DNA of 64,000 nucleotides from an uncultured delta proteobacterium. Its GTDB lineage: Bacteria; Desulfobacterota; Binatia; UBA9968. Positions within the stretch are counted from its first letter, which is position 1. Each line of letters begins with the position of its first letter. Location: the NCBI GenBank assembly GCA_963840855.1, contig CAWJBB010000024.1, positions 16,901 through 80,900 of the forward strand, given 5' to 3'. Below the pieces are notes generated by a model, which searched no databases, was not told where the DNA came from, and saw only the letters and a list, made by a program, of their open reading frames with translations. A program made the translations under genes and the position numbers. Of this stretch, positions 9,805 to 21,132 are shown one piece after another.

Positions 9805-10644
9805 ATGCCCACCGCAAAGATCAGCGACATCGACATTTACTATGAGGAGCAAGGCCGAGGCGAGCCGGTGTTGCTTGCGCCGCCGTCCTGGTGGCCGTGC
9901 GATACCTGGAAGGTTGGCGTCGTGCCGTTTCTTTCCAAACGTTACCGGACGATCATATTCGATTGCCGGGGCACGGGTTTCAGCGGCAAGCCGGATCACG
10001 GCTACACCATCGAACAATTCGCCAAGGATTGCGCGGGGCTGTTGGAGCATCTGAAAGTCGCGCGCTGTCACGCCGTGGGTTTCGCATTGGGTGGGCAGAT
10101 CGTGCAAGCGCTGGCGATTGAGCGTCCCGACCTGGTGGCCACGCTGACCATCGCGGCGACCGGGGCAGGCGTGAAAACGACGAGCGGCGCGCCGCGTCAA
10201 ACGATCAATACCGACGAAGACGAAATTCGCGCCCATGGGTTCGAGCGATTCATCCGCGGCCATGTCGAAAACACCCACATGGCGTTCAACGAACGGTTTT
10301 TTCATGCGCATCCTGAAGCGGTCCAGGCGTTATCCGACGCTTTATGGCAGCGGCAAACCAGTCCGGAACAACATCGATATCATTATGATGCCCGCCGCAC
10401 CTGGGACACCCTCGGCAACGCGCCGAAGGTGAAAGTGCCGACTCTGATACTCTGCGGCGCGGCCGATGACGTCAATCGCGGCGGCAGCACGCCGGCCGGA
10501 ACGGCGCGCAAGCTTGGCGAATTAGTGCCTGGGTGCGAGCTTGCGCTGGTGCCAAACGTCAAGCATATGACTTTCTGGGACGGCGACGGAGCGCTGATCG
10601 CATTGCAGGAGTATCTGGAGCGCCATCCTATTCATCAGAATTAA
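9805..10644 (+). CDS. Alpha/beta hydrolase fold protein, paralog of 7866-8708, also G-F-A-L-G
   Basis: Colinear and highly similar to 7866-8708. Confidence 0.88.
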   Translation: MPTAKISDIDIYYEEQGRGEPVLLAPPSWWPCDTWKVGVVPFLSKRYRTIIFDCRGTGFSGKPDHGYTIEQFAKDCAGLLEHLKVARCHAVGFALGGQIVQALAIERPDLVATLTIAATGAGVKTTSGAPRQTINTDEDEIRAHGFERFIRGHVENTHMAFNERFFHAHPEAVQALSDALWQRQTSPEQHRYHYDARRTWDTLGNAPKVKVPTLILCGAADDVNRGGSTPAGTARKLGELVPGCELALVPNVKHMTFWDGDGALIALQEYLERHPIHQN

Positions 10645-10696
10645 CCCCTGCCAACATTGAACGTTGAACTTTGCACGGACTGATTTGAGGAGATCG

Positions 10697-11759
10697 ATGT
10701 TGAGAGAAATGTGCGCAGGACGGAAGTTTTTGACCGGGCCGTTGATTGCAACTGCCTCTTGATCGTAATGATGTGCGGTGCGGCATACGCGCAAGAGAAA
10801 GGCAAACGGGCAACGACCTGTGGCCCAGCTCTACGCGACGCCAGGAAAGAAGGGGTCGTGGTCATTTGGGGCACGGATGCGTCATCTATCAGAGGGCGCA
10901 GGCGGTACTGACAAACAATACAGGGCATCAAGATCGAGCACTTAGAGAGTATTCCAGAACCTCTGGTGCAGAGAATCATCGCCGAAAGTCAGGCGGCAAG
11001 ACGGCGCCGTGGATATTATTCAGTCCGGATCGCTGCGCGCGTTGCGCCCTTTGATAGACCGCGACATGCTATCCGACTACCCGGGATGGGAAAAGGATTT
11101 TGGTCTTGACGCGGTGTATGACGGCCAACGTTTTGTCGGCGCCTATAATCTCACTTTGCCGATCGCTTACAACACCAAAATGGTGAGCGCGCAGGAGCGC
11201 GAAGAGCTGGGAGGATCTCGCCGATACAAAATGGAAGGGAAGAAAGCTGATTATCGAGGCTCGATTAGTTCCTTTCGCCATGCTCGGCACCGAGTGGGGC
11301 AAGGGAAAGGAGACTGAGTTAGTCAAGAAAGTACTTGCGCAGCAGCGGATAATCGCTCAGGGCGGCACCACGGTTGCCAAAGCTCTGGCCGGAGGACAAG
11401 TCCATATCGCCGTTGGCACCTACGCCTACAAGATTGAAGGGTTGAAAAAACAAGGGGCGCCGGTGGACTGGGTCGCCGCCTCCACTTTGCCGGTGCTAAA
11501 TACGGCGCTGGGAGTGATTAAAACCGCGCCGCATCCCAATGCCGCGCGTTTTTTTGCCGGTTGGTTGGGTGGGGCAGAGGGGCAAAAGATCAGGTATTCG
11601 ACTTCGGCCAGGCCATCGAGGTGGGCAAAAACGCGATTGGCGCCGTCGCCGAAAGAATCAAAACCACTCAGCCGACGATCATATTGGAACCGAAAAGACT
11701 TTGCGACAATTCTCGAGATTCAGCGCGAGCTGGGCAAGCTGCTCGGCGCTTTGCGCTAA
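10697..11759 (+). CDS. Extracellular solute-binding protein (Fe(III)/AfuA-like ABC SBP), multiple frameshifts
   Basis: Fragments ARKEGVVVIW, IAYNTKMVS, KWKGK, GAPVDWV, APHPNAARFF. Confidence 0.75.
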
Positions 11760-11797
11760 GGATCTTTGGCGATGACAGCGGGATTTTTCTGCGCGCT

Positions 11798-11826
11798 GTA
11801 AGGGGCGCAGCATGCTGCGCCCCTAC
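11798..11826. repeat. GTAG-type REP palindrome
   Basis: GTAAGGGGCGCAGCATGCTGCGCCCCTAC, near-perfect palindrome in the intergenic gap. Confidence 0.65.
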
Positions 11827-11911
11827 TCCGCGCCCTTCGCCCAGCTCTTACGTCAATGAATGTAACACCATCCACTCTCGCCAAAAATGTTCATGTCCGA
11901 CCTGGTCGTCG

Positions 11912-13646
11912 ATGCGCAAGCTATCGGTTCGGACCTTTGCCTTTGGCTCGACTATCGCCGTGGTCAGCTATCTCGTCCTGGTACCGCTGTTCATGTTGCT
12001 CTATGCCAGCGTCAAGAGCACGGCAGATAAATTGCCGTTCGAGTCTACGGTCACGACGATCTCCAATTACACCGACGTTCTGACTAGACCCTCGACACTG
12101 CCGATTTTTTTCAACACGTTTTTCTTTACCGCCGGGTCGCTGGCCGTGGGGTTGCCGCTGGCGATCTTCATGGCGTGGCTTTTGGAACGCACCGCCATGC
12201 CGGCGCGCCGGTGGATTGCCGCTCTCATTCTCGTGCCGATGACGATTCCGTCGCTGCTATCGGCGATCGCTTGGATTCAATTGCTCGATCCGCGCATCGG
12301 TCTGGTCAACGTGGTGTTGCGAAGCGTCCTCGGTTTGTCGGGCGACACCGGGCCCTTTGATATTTATTCACTCTACGGCATGTGCTTCGTTCAAGGCTTA
12401 AGGCTGGTGCCGTCGGCTTTTCTGATGATCGCGGCCTCGTTTCGCGCCATGGACGAGTCCTTGGAAGAACAGAGCGCGATGGCGGGACGCGGCGTGGCTC
12501 AAACGACGCTGCGCATTACGCTGCCGATCATGCGTCCGGCGCTGCTCGCCGCGCTGATCTATTACATTATCGTCGTCATCGAATCCTTCGACATCCCCGG
12601 ACTGCTCGGCTTTACCGCGCGCATTCGCGTGTTGAGCACGGCGATTTACTGGGCGACCCACTCGGAAGTCGGCTTGCCCGACTACGGCTTGGCCTCGGCT
12701 TTGGGGGCGATGGTCTTGGCCGTGGCGCTGCTGCTCATGTGGATCTATCAGCGCTTGACGGCGCATCAGGAAAGATTCGCCACGATCACGGGCAAGGGAT
12801 ACCGGCCCCGGCAAATCAATCTCGGCGCCTGGACGGCCACGGCCACCGCGCTCTGCGTATTCTACTTGGCGATGGCGTGGTACTGCCGTTCCTGATGCTG
12901 ATCTGGACCAGCGTGCAGCCGTTCTACGCGATCCCATCGGCGGAATCCCTCGCGCGGGCGAGCTTCGAGGCGTACTTGAAGATTTGGCAAGACAGCAGTG
13001 TGATGCGGGCGCTGTGGAACACGACAATATTGGCGCTGGTCACCGCCGGGGCGACGATTTTTCTCGCCGTGCTGGTGAGCTGGTTCGTGGTCCGGCGCGG
13101 CAAAACGGCGGACGGGCTTTCGCATTATCTCGCCACAGTGTCATTCTTGCGCAGTGCGTGCCGAGCATCGTTATCGGTTTAGCCTTTATCTTCGTTTATG
13201 TCCGCTTTCCGATCCCGATTTACGGCACGCTGTGGATCATCGCGCTGGCGATGACGACCCGCTATCTTGCCTATAGCTCGCGCGCCATGACCTCCGCTCT
13301 CATGCAGGTGCACGGCGAATTGGAAGAAGCGTCGCAAATGGCCCGCGCACCATGGGCGCGAACGCTCCGCAGAGTCACGGTGCCGCTTTTGGCGCCGGCA
13401 ATGATCAACGTGTTTTTTTGGGTGGCGGTGCACGCGATGCAGGAGCTATCGATGGCGCTGATGCTGTACAATCCGGAGACCGTCGTCGTGTCGACGATGA
13501 TCTGGAGCATGTGGCAAAACGGCCGAACCGCGGATGCGGCGGTTTTGGGCGTAATCTTGATTCTGCTGTCCGCAATCTTGCTCCTCGGCGGCCAGGCAGT
13601 TTCGTATTTGCGGCGGAGCTCCGATTCTTGGAAGGCCCCCGAATGA
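11912..13646 (+). CDS. Fe(III)-type ABC transporter permease (two fused TM domains), two frameshifts
   Basis: Two EAA-like loops (LEEQSAMAG, LEEASQMAR), TITGKGYRP linker, many TM segments. Confidence 0.85.
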
Positions 13647-14675
13647 TCAGCGTAAGAGATTTGGAAAAGTCATTTGCCGGCGCGCGGGGGAAGTGCGGGC
13701 TCTGCGCGGCGTTCCTTCGAGGTGGGTAAGGGAGAACTGTTCACACTGCTCGGTCCGAGCGGTTGCGGCAAGACGACGACGCTGCGCTGCATTGCCGGAT
13801 TGGAACAACCGCGGTCGGGAGAAATCCTGTCGATGATCTGCCCGGTGTTCAACGCCGCCGAGGGTACGTTCATTGCGCCGGAGCGGCGCAATATCGGCAT
13901 GGTCTTTCAATCCTACGCCATCTGGCCGCACATGACGGTGTTTCAGAACGTCGCCTATCCGCTGGCGAGCGATTTCAGCCGCGCGCAGATCGCCGAACGG
14001 GTGGAACAAATCCTCGGGCGCCTGGGGCTCGGCAGTCTGGCCGATCGGCTCGCGCCTAATTTGAGCGGTGGACAGCAACAGCGAGTCGCGTTGGCGCGGG
14101 CGCTGGTGGCTCAACCTGAGGTGCTGCTGTTGGATGAACCGCTCAGCAACCTCGACGCCAAGCTGCGCGAACAGATGCGCTTCGAGCTCAAAGCTTTGCA
14201 GGAGTCCTTCGGTATAACCACGGTCTATGTCACTCACGACCAGGAAGAGGCGATGGCGCTCTCTGACCGGATCGCTCTGATGCACGACGGCGCATTGCTG
14301 GAAGCCGGGACGCCCGCGGATCTCTATCTTCGTCCCGCCCATAGAATTACCGCCGACTTTCTTGGCACGTCCAACTTCGTTCCCAGCACGGTTGAGAACG
14401 TCGGCAGCCTGGCAGGGGCGGAAGTTTTGCTGGATTCACCGTTGGGTAGATTCATCGCGCGGCGCAGCGTCGAATGGCAGCCGGGATCGCTGTCGGAACT
14501 TTTTTTCCGGCCCGAGAACGTCGACTTGTTGGATGACTCCGCTGCCAATGGATTAAATCGAGGCAGCGGAGTCGTGGAACGGGCGACGTTTCTCGGTAAT
14601 GCCGCCGACCTCGTGCTGCGCTGCGGCGACATCGCCGTGCGCGTGCGCGCGCATCGAGGTCGGAGCCGTCCGTAG
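13643..14675 (+). CDS. ABC transporter ATP-binding protein (FbpC/PotA-like); frameshift near the N-terminus
   Basis: GPSGCGKT, LSGGQQQR, LLLDEPLSNLD, YVTHDQ; true start MISVRDLEK at 13643; C-terminus uncertain. Confidence 0.9.
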
Positions 14676-14877
14676 GACAGCGAGTTGGTTTTTCCGTGGC
14701 TGCGCAATCCTGCCTTTTGTTTCCGGTGTAGGAGCCGTAACGAGCGCGAAATCTCTAGATAGCCTCGCCCACGAAGTGGGAGAGGGAAGCGGTGAAGGTC
14801 TCTCTCTTTCCGAAGGAGGGCGAGGAAGTAATCGCACAAAGGAATGCTTGAATGGATCATCGATAAGGAGACAGTGA

Positions 14878-15956
14878 ATGCAACTCCATGAACGCGACAG
14901 AGGATTGAGGAAGATAGTCTCGGATGGCGTCTCTATCACAACATGCTCGTCACGCGAAGCTTCGAAGATGCACTGATCCGCTGGGAGCATGAAGGGAAGA
15001 TTGCCGCGCAAACGTTTCCGAGCAAGGGCCAGGAAGCCATCGCCATCGGCTGCTGCCTGGCGCTGGAGCAAGGCGACGATGTCATCCCGTCTTTTCGCAC
15101 CCGCGGCGCGATGGTCGGCATGGGCGTGAGCATCGCTGAGCAAATTCGCGAGTTCATTCACAGCCCGCTAGCGGCAGGCGACTCGCGCGATGCGCCGCAT
15201 CATGCATCATGGCCTGACCGCGGTGTCATGCCAGGCTCGACGATGATCGGCGGCCATCTCGCCATGGCTGCGGGCATCGCCTTGGCGATGCAATGCGAAA
15301 AGCAAAACCAAGTCGGCGTCGCTTTCTTTGGCGACGGGACGCTCGGTTCCGGCGACCTGCACGAGACCATGCACATCGCCGGCGCGTGGGGGCTGCCATT
15401 AATCTTGGTCTGCGAGAACAACGGCTGGGAAATGGCTACTCCCTGGCACAAAGTGCGCAAGCAACGCTCGCTGATTCCCTATGCTGAGCCTTTCGGATTC
15501 GCCACGCGGAGTGTCGATGGCAACGATGTCTGGGATGTGTATCACTCAGCGCGCTGGGCGCGTGAGACGGCATTGGCAGGACAAGCGGTGTTTCTTGATT
15601 GTCTGACGTTCCGGGCGGGCCTCTACAGCTCGCATTTCGGCGAAGTCCGTCCGGGAGTCGAGCAGGAACTGTCCGAATGGGAAACGCGTGATCCGCTAAA
15701 ACGCATGGCCGATTGGCTGATTGGGAATGGTTTAGCTTCGGCGGACGAGTTGGAGGAACTGCAGCGTGAAGAAGAACGGCGCATTGAAGAAACTTTTGAG
15801 CAAGTGCTCTCTGAGGTGAGGTGCTGCCAGTTTCTCGGCAGGTGGCTTTTTCAGAAGCAGACTTTCGTGAATCGTGTTCGTGATTCGTGTTCGCACGAGC
15901 ACGAGAAACGGAGCATGTCGGTTTCCGCTTTCGCGAGAGGCGCAATATATCGATGA
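14878..15956 (+). CDS. ThDP-dependent dehydrogenase E1 alpha subunit (divergent); both ends uncertain
   Basis: GQEAIAIG, FFGDG...VCENNGW ThDP motif, VDGNDV, RDPL. Confidence 0.85.
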
Positions 15957-16936
15957 ATGTTATAGACAGCGTTAATCTAAAGAGATGGTCAGCACTGAGT
16001 TATCGGGACGCCGTCGGCAAGGCGCTGCAAGATTCCATGCGCCATGAGCCGCGCTTGATTTTGATAGGTCAGAATCTCGCGGCCCACGCCTTGAAACCAT
16101 TGGCGCTGACTTACGGCGAAGCTCGAGTGCGCGACACCAGCATCAGCGAAAGCGCGATGGTCGGCATGGCCGTCGGCGCGGCCATGAAAGGAATGAAAGT
16201 CGTCGTTATGATCGCCTATGCCGATATTGCTTCGGTCTGTCACATGGCGATCGTGCAAAGCGCAGCGAAGCTTCACTACTTGACCAACGGCCGTTTGAAT
16301 TGCCCGGTCATCATTCGCCTGCCAATAGCGCGCTTTCGCGGGCATGGACCGGAAGGCAATGAAGTCGGAGCGTCATGGTTTTACAACGTGCCGGACTTGA
16401 ACATCGCGCTGCCGGGCTCGGCGAACGAGGCGTATTGGAGCTTTCGCGAGGCGCTCACGCGGCCGACGCCGACATTATTCTTCGAGGACCGTTCGATCCA
16501 TCCTCGATCGGGTGAAGTTGCCGACAATAATCCCAAAGGTAAAGCCCAGATCACCCGCTCGGGCGAGCGCTTGACGATCGTCGCAGCCGGACGCGCGGCG
16601 GCGCTGGCTGAAGATGCGGCTGATGAATTGGCGAAGCAAGGATACAGTGGCGCGGTAGAGGTCGTCAGCCTGGGATTCATCAAGCCGCTGGACAAACAAA
16701 CGGTTCTAAAATCCGCGAGTAAGACCGGCAGAGTGCTAATCGTACAGGACGAGCCGGAATGGGGCGGCTACGCGCCGGTGGTGCGTTGTTTGTTGGATGA
16801 GCTGGCGCCGGGGAAGCTCGTAAAAATGCCGCGTATTATCGGCGGGGCCGACCAATATTTACCCTATTGGGACGAGAAGCCTTTCCTACCGTCTCTTCAA
16901 AGCGTTATGGCCGCCGGCAAGGAGATAATTGGATAG
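15953..16936 (+). CDS. ThDP-dependent dehydrogenase E1 beta subunit (transketolase C-terminal domain)
   Basis: RVRDTSISESAMVGMAVGAAM, PLDKQTVLKSASKTGRVLIVQD. Confidence 0.88.
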   Translation: MNVIDSVNLKRWSALSYRDAVGKALQDSMRHEPRLILIGQNLAAHALKPLALTYGEARVRDTSISESAMVGMAVGAAMKGMKVVVMIAYADIASVCHMAIVQSAAKLHYLTNGRLNCPVIIRLPIARFRGHGPEGNEVGASWFYNVPDLNIALPGSANEAYWSFREALTRPTPTLFFEDRSIHPRSGEVADNNPKGKAQITRSGERLTIVAAGRAAALAEDAADELAKQGYSGAVEVVSLGFIKPLDKQTVLKSASKTGRVLIVQDEPEWGGYAPVVRCLLDELAPGKLVKMPRIIGGADQYLPYWDEKPFLPSLQSVMAAGKEIIG

Positions 16937-17013
16937 AACTCTTGACCTCAAGCATCCATAGATCATAAAGTTTTTTCGTAAACCGTGCGACGTTTCGGTG
17001 TTTAAGTAATCTC

Positions 17014-18054
17014 ATGCACGAAGAGTTGTCAGAGATCTTCGAGCGCTTCGCGAGAGAAGAATTTCATAACTCTTCGCCGCTCTATGAACAACTTTCCAGG
17101 GCAATCGCGAAAGATCCTGAGCTGCTTTCTCTTGCGGCGCGGTGCCGGAAGGGAGAGCGGATACCTAATTTGCTTTTCGCTGCGGTCCATTACCTGCTGC
17201 TAAAAGGTTTCTCTCACCCTGTTTCTCGATTCTACAAAAGTCTTGGTGGGTCTTTTGACGGCCGTGAGGACCCCTACCCTGAGTTTCAGTCGTTTTGCTC
17301 GCAGCATGTTGAGAGCATTCGTCAGCTAATCGCTGTTCGAATGGTCCAGACTAACGAAGTGAGCCGTTGTGCCGGACTGATGCCTGCTTTTGCTACCGCG
17401 TCAAAAAAAGTTCCAGATGAATCGCTGTATCTGGTGGACATCGGGGCAAGCGCGGGCCTTAACCTGTTCTGGGATCACTACGGCTACAAATACGGGGACT
17501 TGATCGAATGCGGCGATAGAGAGTCGCCGGTTCAGATCAACTGTGTTCTCAAAGGGACAGAGGTTCCGTCGCTTCCAGCGTCATTTCCTCGAGTCGCGGG
17601 GCGCGTGGGGCTGGACTTGCATCCTCTCGACGTGCGAGGCTCGGACGACGCGCTTTGGTTAAGGGCTTTGATTTGGCCGGAGCATGAGGCGCGGGCTGAT
17701 CTCTTGCGCAAGGCAATCGAGGTTGTGCGGCAACAACCGCTGAAACTGTTAGCGGGGAATGGCGTTGACTTGCTGAGGGGTATATTGAGCACCGTTCCCG
17801 CCGACTCTGTCCTATGCATCGTCCGGATCTTTACCCAGCTTTCGCAAGAGGACCGCGATCGGCTTTCGGCATTAATCTTAGAATACAGTACGAAACGAGA
17901 TGTCATCACAATTTCACTTCGACGCCATGGCGGAGATGATTCAGAAATTCGCCTGACTTCGTTTATCAAAGGCAATAGAACCGACGAGGGTCTAGCCTAC
18001 TTGCAGAACCACGGCGAATGGATCGAGTGGTTGGATGAGGCGCATAGCGGTTGA
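17014..18054 (+). CDS. DUF2332 family protein
   Basis: SPLYEQL, PNLLFAAVHYLL, QTNEVSRC, IGASAGLNL, WLRALIWPE. Confidence 0.85.
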   Translation: MHEELSEIFERFAREEFHNSSPLYEQLSRAIAKDPELLSLAARCRKGERIPNLLFAAVHYLLLKGFSHPVSRFYKSLGGSFDGREDPYPEFQSFCSQHVESIRQLIAVRMVQTNEVSRCAGLMPAFATASKKVPDESLYLVDIGASAGLNLFWDHYGYKYGDLIECGDRESPVQINCVLKGTEVPSLPASFPRVAGRVGLDLHPLDVRGSDDALWLRALIWPEHEARADLLRKAIEVVRQQPLKLLAGNGVDLLRGILSTVPADSVLCIVRIFTQLSQEDRDRLSALILEYSTKRDVITISLRRHGGDDSEIRLTSFIKGNRTDEGLAYLQNHGEWIEWLDEAHSG

Positions 18055-18093
18055 GTCGCAGCGAAAATTTCCGACGGAGGTTCAAAGGTCAAT

Positions 18094-19110
18094 ATGAGGT
18101 TAAGCATCTTTTCAATTGCCGCCCTGTCAATGGTCTGTGTCGCCCCGGCTCGCGCGCAGATCAGTAATTCCGATTTGCTTGCCCAGGCCAAAAAAGAAGG
18201 ACGGGTCGTCTGGTACACAACGGTGTCGATTCCGGAAAGCCAGGAATTTGCCGCGCTGTTCAAGCGTCAATTTCCTTCGATCAACGTGGATATTATTCGC
18301 ACCGGTTCCAGCGCGTTGGTGAATCGCCTCATCAGCGAGCATAATGCGAAAAAGTATCTCGCGGACGTGCTTCAAGGATTTTCCAGTCGCGGCGGATACG
18401 GCGCGCTCAAGCAAAGGGGAATTCTCGGCCGGTACGAATCGCCAGAGTATAAATATCTTCCGCCAGACCTGAGGGACCCGGCAGGTTACTGGGGCTCCCA
18501 GTACCAGAACACTTTTGTGCTGGCTTACAACACACGCATGGTCAAACCGCCTGACGTTCCAAAAACGTACGACGATCTGCTCAAGCCGATGTGGAAGGGG
18601 AAAAAGATTCTTAACGACACGGAAAACCACGAGTGGTTCGACGGGCTCTTGCACTATTGGGGCAAGGAAAAAGGCATTGCTTATTTTCGCAAGCTCGCGC
18701 AGCAGGAGCAAGTCTTTCAGCGCGGCGCCCGCGGCCGCGTTCAACTCGTGGCGGCGGGAGAATTTCCGTTGACGATCGGCTACGGACCCCATGTGCAGAG
18801 TTTCGTCAACAAAGGGGCGCCCGTGGATTGGATTCCATTAGAGCCCGTGGTCACCATTATCAATACCGTGAGTATTGCCGACAAAGCTCCACACCCGGCC
18901 GCAGCGCGCCTGTTCATCGATTTTCTCTTTTCAAGGCCGGCGCAGCTTAAGTTGCGGGAGATGAGCCGTATCCCAGCGCGCGAGGACGTCGATGCTGATC
19001 CGCCGCGGCTTTTCAAAGGATTTAAAAAAATAGCTCAGGATCTAGAGAACGATACCATGAAGGAGTCTGCCGAATTGTATCAGCAAATCTTTGGTTTGAG
19101 CGCGCAATAA
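18094..19110 (+). CDS. Extracellular solute-binding protein (Fe(III)-type ABC SBP family)
   Basis: Signal peptide, AKKEGRVVWYT, AYNT, PKTYDDLLKPMWKGK, APHPAAARLFIDF. Confidence 0.9.
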   Translation: MRLSIFSIAALSMVCVAPARAQISNSDLLAQAKKEGRVVWYTTVSIPESQEFAALFKRQFPSINVDIIRTGSSALVNRLISEHNAKKYLADVLQGFSSRGGYGALKQRGILGRYESPEYKYLPPDLRDPAGYWGSQYQNTFVLAYNTRMVKPPDVPKTYDDLLKPMWKGKKILNDTENHEWFDGLLHYWGKEKGIAYFRKLAQQEQVFQRGARGRVQLVAAGEFPLTIGYGPHVQSFVNKGAPVDWIPLEPVVTIINTVSIADKAPHPAAARLFIDFLFSRPAQLKLREMSRIPAREDVDADPPRLFKGFKKIAQDLENDTMKESAELYQQIFGLSAQ

Positions 19111-19202
19111 CAACCACGGCGCTCTTGCGCGACAAGAGCAAACCGAAGGACAGCAAAGGGGCCGCGCGAGGAACAGAAGAGTTTTGATCTCACCGCCAAA
19201 GG

Positions 19203-19227
19203 AAGGGCGGGTTTAAAACCCGCCCTT
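19203..19227. repeat. Perfect inverted repeat (REP-like or terminator)
   Basis: AAGGGCGGGTTT-A-AAACCCGCCCTT between convergent genes. Confidence 0.6.
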
Positions 19228-19320
19228 TCTATTTTGTGAACTTCGTACTACTATGTTTAAGAGTTTTCGCGGCTCGCGCAAATTTTCCGGTAACCTGAAA
19301 TACTCGAATGCGGGGATTGA

Positions 19321-19431
19321 CTCGCGCCAAGGCGCAAAGCACGCCAAGTTCGGAAGGGAAAGATTGATAATCTTACAAACGATCTTCACCATTTTTCTCC
19401 GACCTTTGCGGCCTTGGCGTCTTTGCGCGAG
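19321..19431. repeat. Long imperfect hairpin (REP/MITE-like)
   Basis: CTCGCGCCAAGGCGCAAAGCACGCCAAG...CTTTGCGGCCTTGGCGTCTTTGCGCGAG arms around an AT-rich loop. Confidence 0.55.
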
Positions 19432-19494
19432 ATATTCCTAGTTTTGGTTGCGGCCCTGCCGCGCTAGGCCCTTTGCGGTTAAATTGTTTCTTTC

Positions 19495-20349
19495 TTATCC
19501 TGCGAACTTCGCCGCCGCCGTCATCGAGATATTGCCATTCGGATCGATGGCCCACAGCGTAGCTTCTTTGCCGTCGGCTGACGGCGCGCCGGCGATGGTG
19601 AAGTTGCCGGTATCGTAGGTCTGGCGTACCGTTTGAAACCCGAACGAAGTCAGCGGGCTAGTGACTTCTTTGCGGCACATTTCAATTAACAACTGGCAGA
19701 TAAGCGATGTCTGCACCACCAGACCCGGAAGCTTTTCAACTTTGGTCACGTAGTCGCGATCGTAGTGGATGCGGTGGCTGTTGAAGCGGATCGCGGAAAA
19801 GCGAAACAACAGCGCCGCCTTGGGTTCGAACACCTGCTTCCATTTGGCCTCGCCCGGAACCGCGGGCGCGGCTTTGGGCGCGACATCCGCTCGCGCTTCA
19901 CTCAGAAACACCATATCGCGCTCTTCAACCACCGCCAGTCCGCGGCTGCTGGAGATGCTGCCTTTTTCAATGATGGTCACCATTGCGCCGTTTGGCCCGT
20001 CGTCGATCTGCAGGTCGGCGATCTCGGTAACTTTTTTGATTTCGTCGCCGACCCGGAGCGGATCATGAAAAGTCATGCGGGTGCCGCCGATGCGCCGGCG
20101 TGGTAGAGGAATCGCCGGGACCAGGCCGCCGCCGGACGCCTGGCCGTCCTCGCGCATCTGCGCAGGCCGGTGCGACGGCGGAAAAAAGCCGCCGTGCCAG
20201 CCGGGCGGCACCAGCTCGCCTTTATCCATAGGCGCCTTTTCCAGTCCCAAAGTCGCGGCGAATTTTAACATCACCGACCCTGTGACGACGTCCGTAGCCG
20301 TTTCACTCTTGCCGATATACTGTTTAAAGCTCTCCAACGATTCTGCCAT
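19495..20349 (-). CDS. Double hot-dog acyl-CoA hydratase/dehydratase (MaoC/FAS1-dehydratase; itaconyl-/mesaconyl-CoA hydratase-like)
   Basis: VPPGWH, LPRRRIGG, PLRVGD, LLFRFSAIRFNSHRIHYDRDY, PGLVV. Confidence 0.82.
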   Translation of the reverse strand: MAESLESFKQYIGKSETATDVVTGSVMLKFAATLGLEKAPMDKGELVPPGWHGGFFPPSHRPAQMREDGQASGGGLVPAIPLPRRRIGGTRMTFHDPLRVGDEIKKVTEIADLQIDDGPNGAMVTIIEKGSISSSRGLAVVEERDMVFLSEARADVAPKAAPAVPGEAKWKQVFEPKAALLFRFSAIRFNSHRIHYDRDYVTKVEKLPGLVVQTSLICQLLIEMCRKEVTSPLTSFGFQTVRQTYDTGNFTIAGAPSADGKEATLWAIDPNGNISMTAAAKFAG

Positions 20350-20529
20350 GGCATACACCTCCGTCTGGATTTGATTACGCTATCGAGCCTAGTCCGGCAG
20401 GGTTCGGCGTGTCAAGTTAAGAATTGGTTGATCCGCCGTGACACCCGGCGACGGAGGATCAACGCATTGACGTGGTCAATGATCATCGTCGCTACCGCAA
20501 GTTCAAACCTCTCTTCGATGTGGGCCTGA

Positions 20530-21132
20530 TCACGAAATGAAAAAATCTCTGAAGAGCATGAACAGTGGCGGATCGTGCCATGGCACACGAATCAAGTAGC
20601 CATAGACGCCGACGATCAGGCCGAGGAACAAAAAGGCAATACTTCCCGCCAAGAGAAAATTCGCCCTTCCAAACCAGACCATGTAGATAAATATCCAGCA
20701 GGGCAACGCGATGTGGAATCCGACGGCCCAGATTCCCAGGTAGAGGACCCCGATAGCGGAAAGGATGCGGATCCACCGCTTACGCTCCTCCTTAGGATCG
20801 TCACCGACTCTAAAACCCATGTCCATTATCTGGCTGGGCGTCACCGATGATGCTGTGCGGCTCCAGAATAGGACGCGGAGCACGTAGATGACTCGTAGAA
20901 TGAGAAATGGGGTGCCGATGCCGATCGCGATTTGTGGCATGAGGCGCGCACCCCATGCCCAGTCCAGCGAAGGAATGAACATGTAAATGAAGAAGGCAGT
21001 CACTGCAATAAGCAGGATGATCTCGCCGGTGACCTCCACCGTCAGCTGCTTTCGCAGCAGAACTGTGTCTAGCGTCGTCTTCTCTTTGTTGAGAGGGCTA
21101 TTGCCAATAGAGGGTTCCTGTTCCTGCTGCAT
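20530..21132 (-). CDS. tctB: Tripartite tricarboxylate transporter small permease TctB-like (possibly the C-terminal part of a TctA-TctB fusion)
   Basis: Four to five TM segments, GARLMP, GFHIALP; overlaps the tctA 3' end by 35 nt. Confidence 0.65.
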   Translation of the reverse strand: MQQEQEPSIGNSPLNKEKTTLDTVLLRKQLTVEVTGEIILLIAVTAFFIYMFIPSLDWAWGARLMPQIAIGIGTPFLILRVIYVLRVLFWSRTASSVTPSQIMDMGFRVGDDPKEERKRWIRILSAIGVLYLGIWAVGFHIALPCWIFIYMVWFGRANFLLAGSIAFLFLGLIVGVYGYLIRVPWHDPPLFMLFRDFFIS

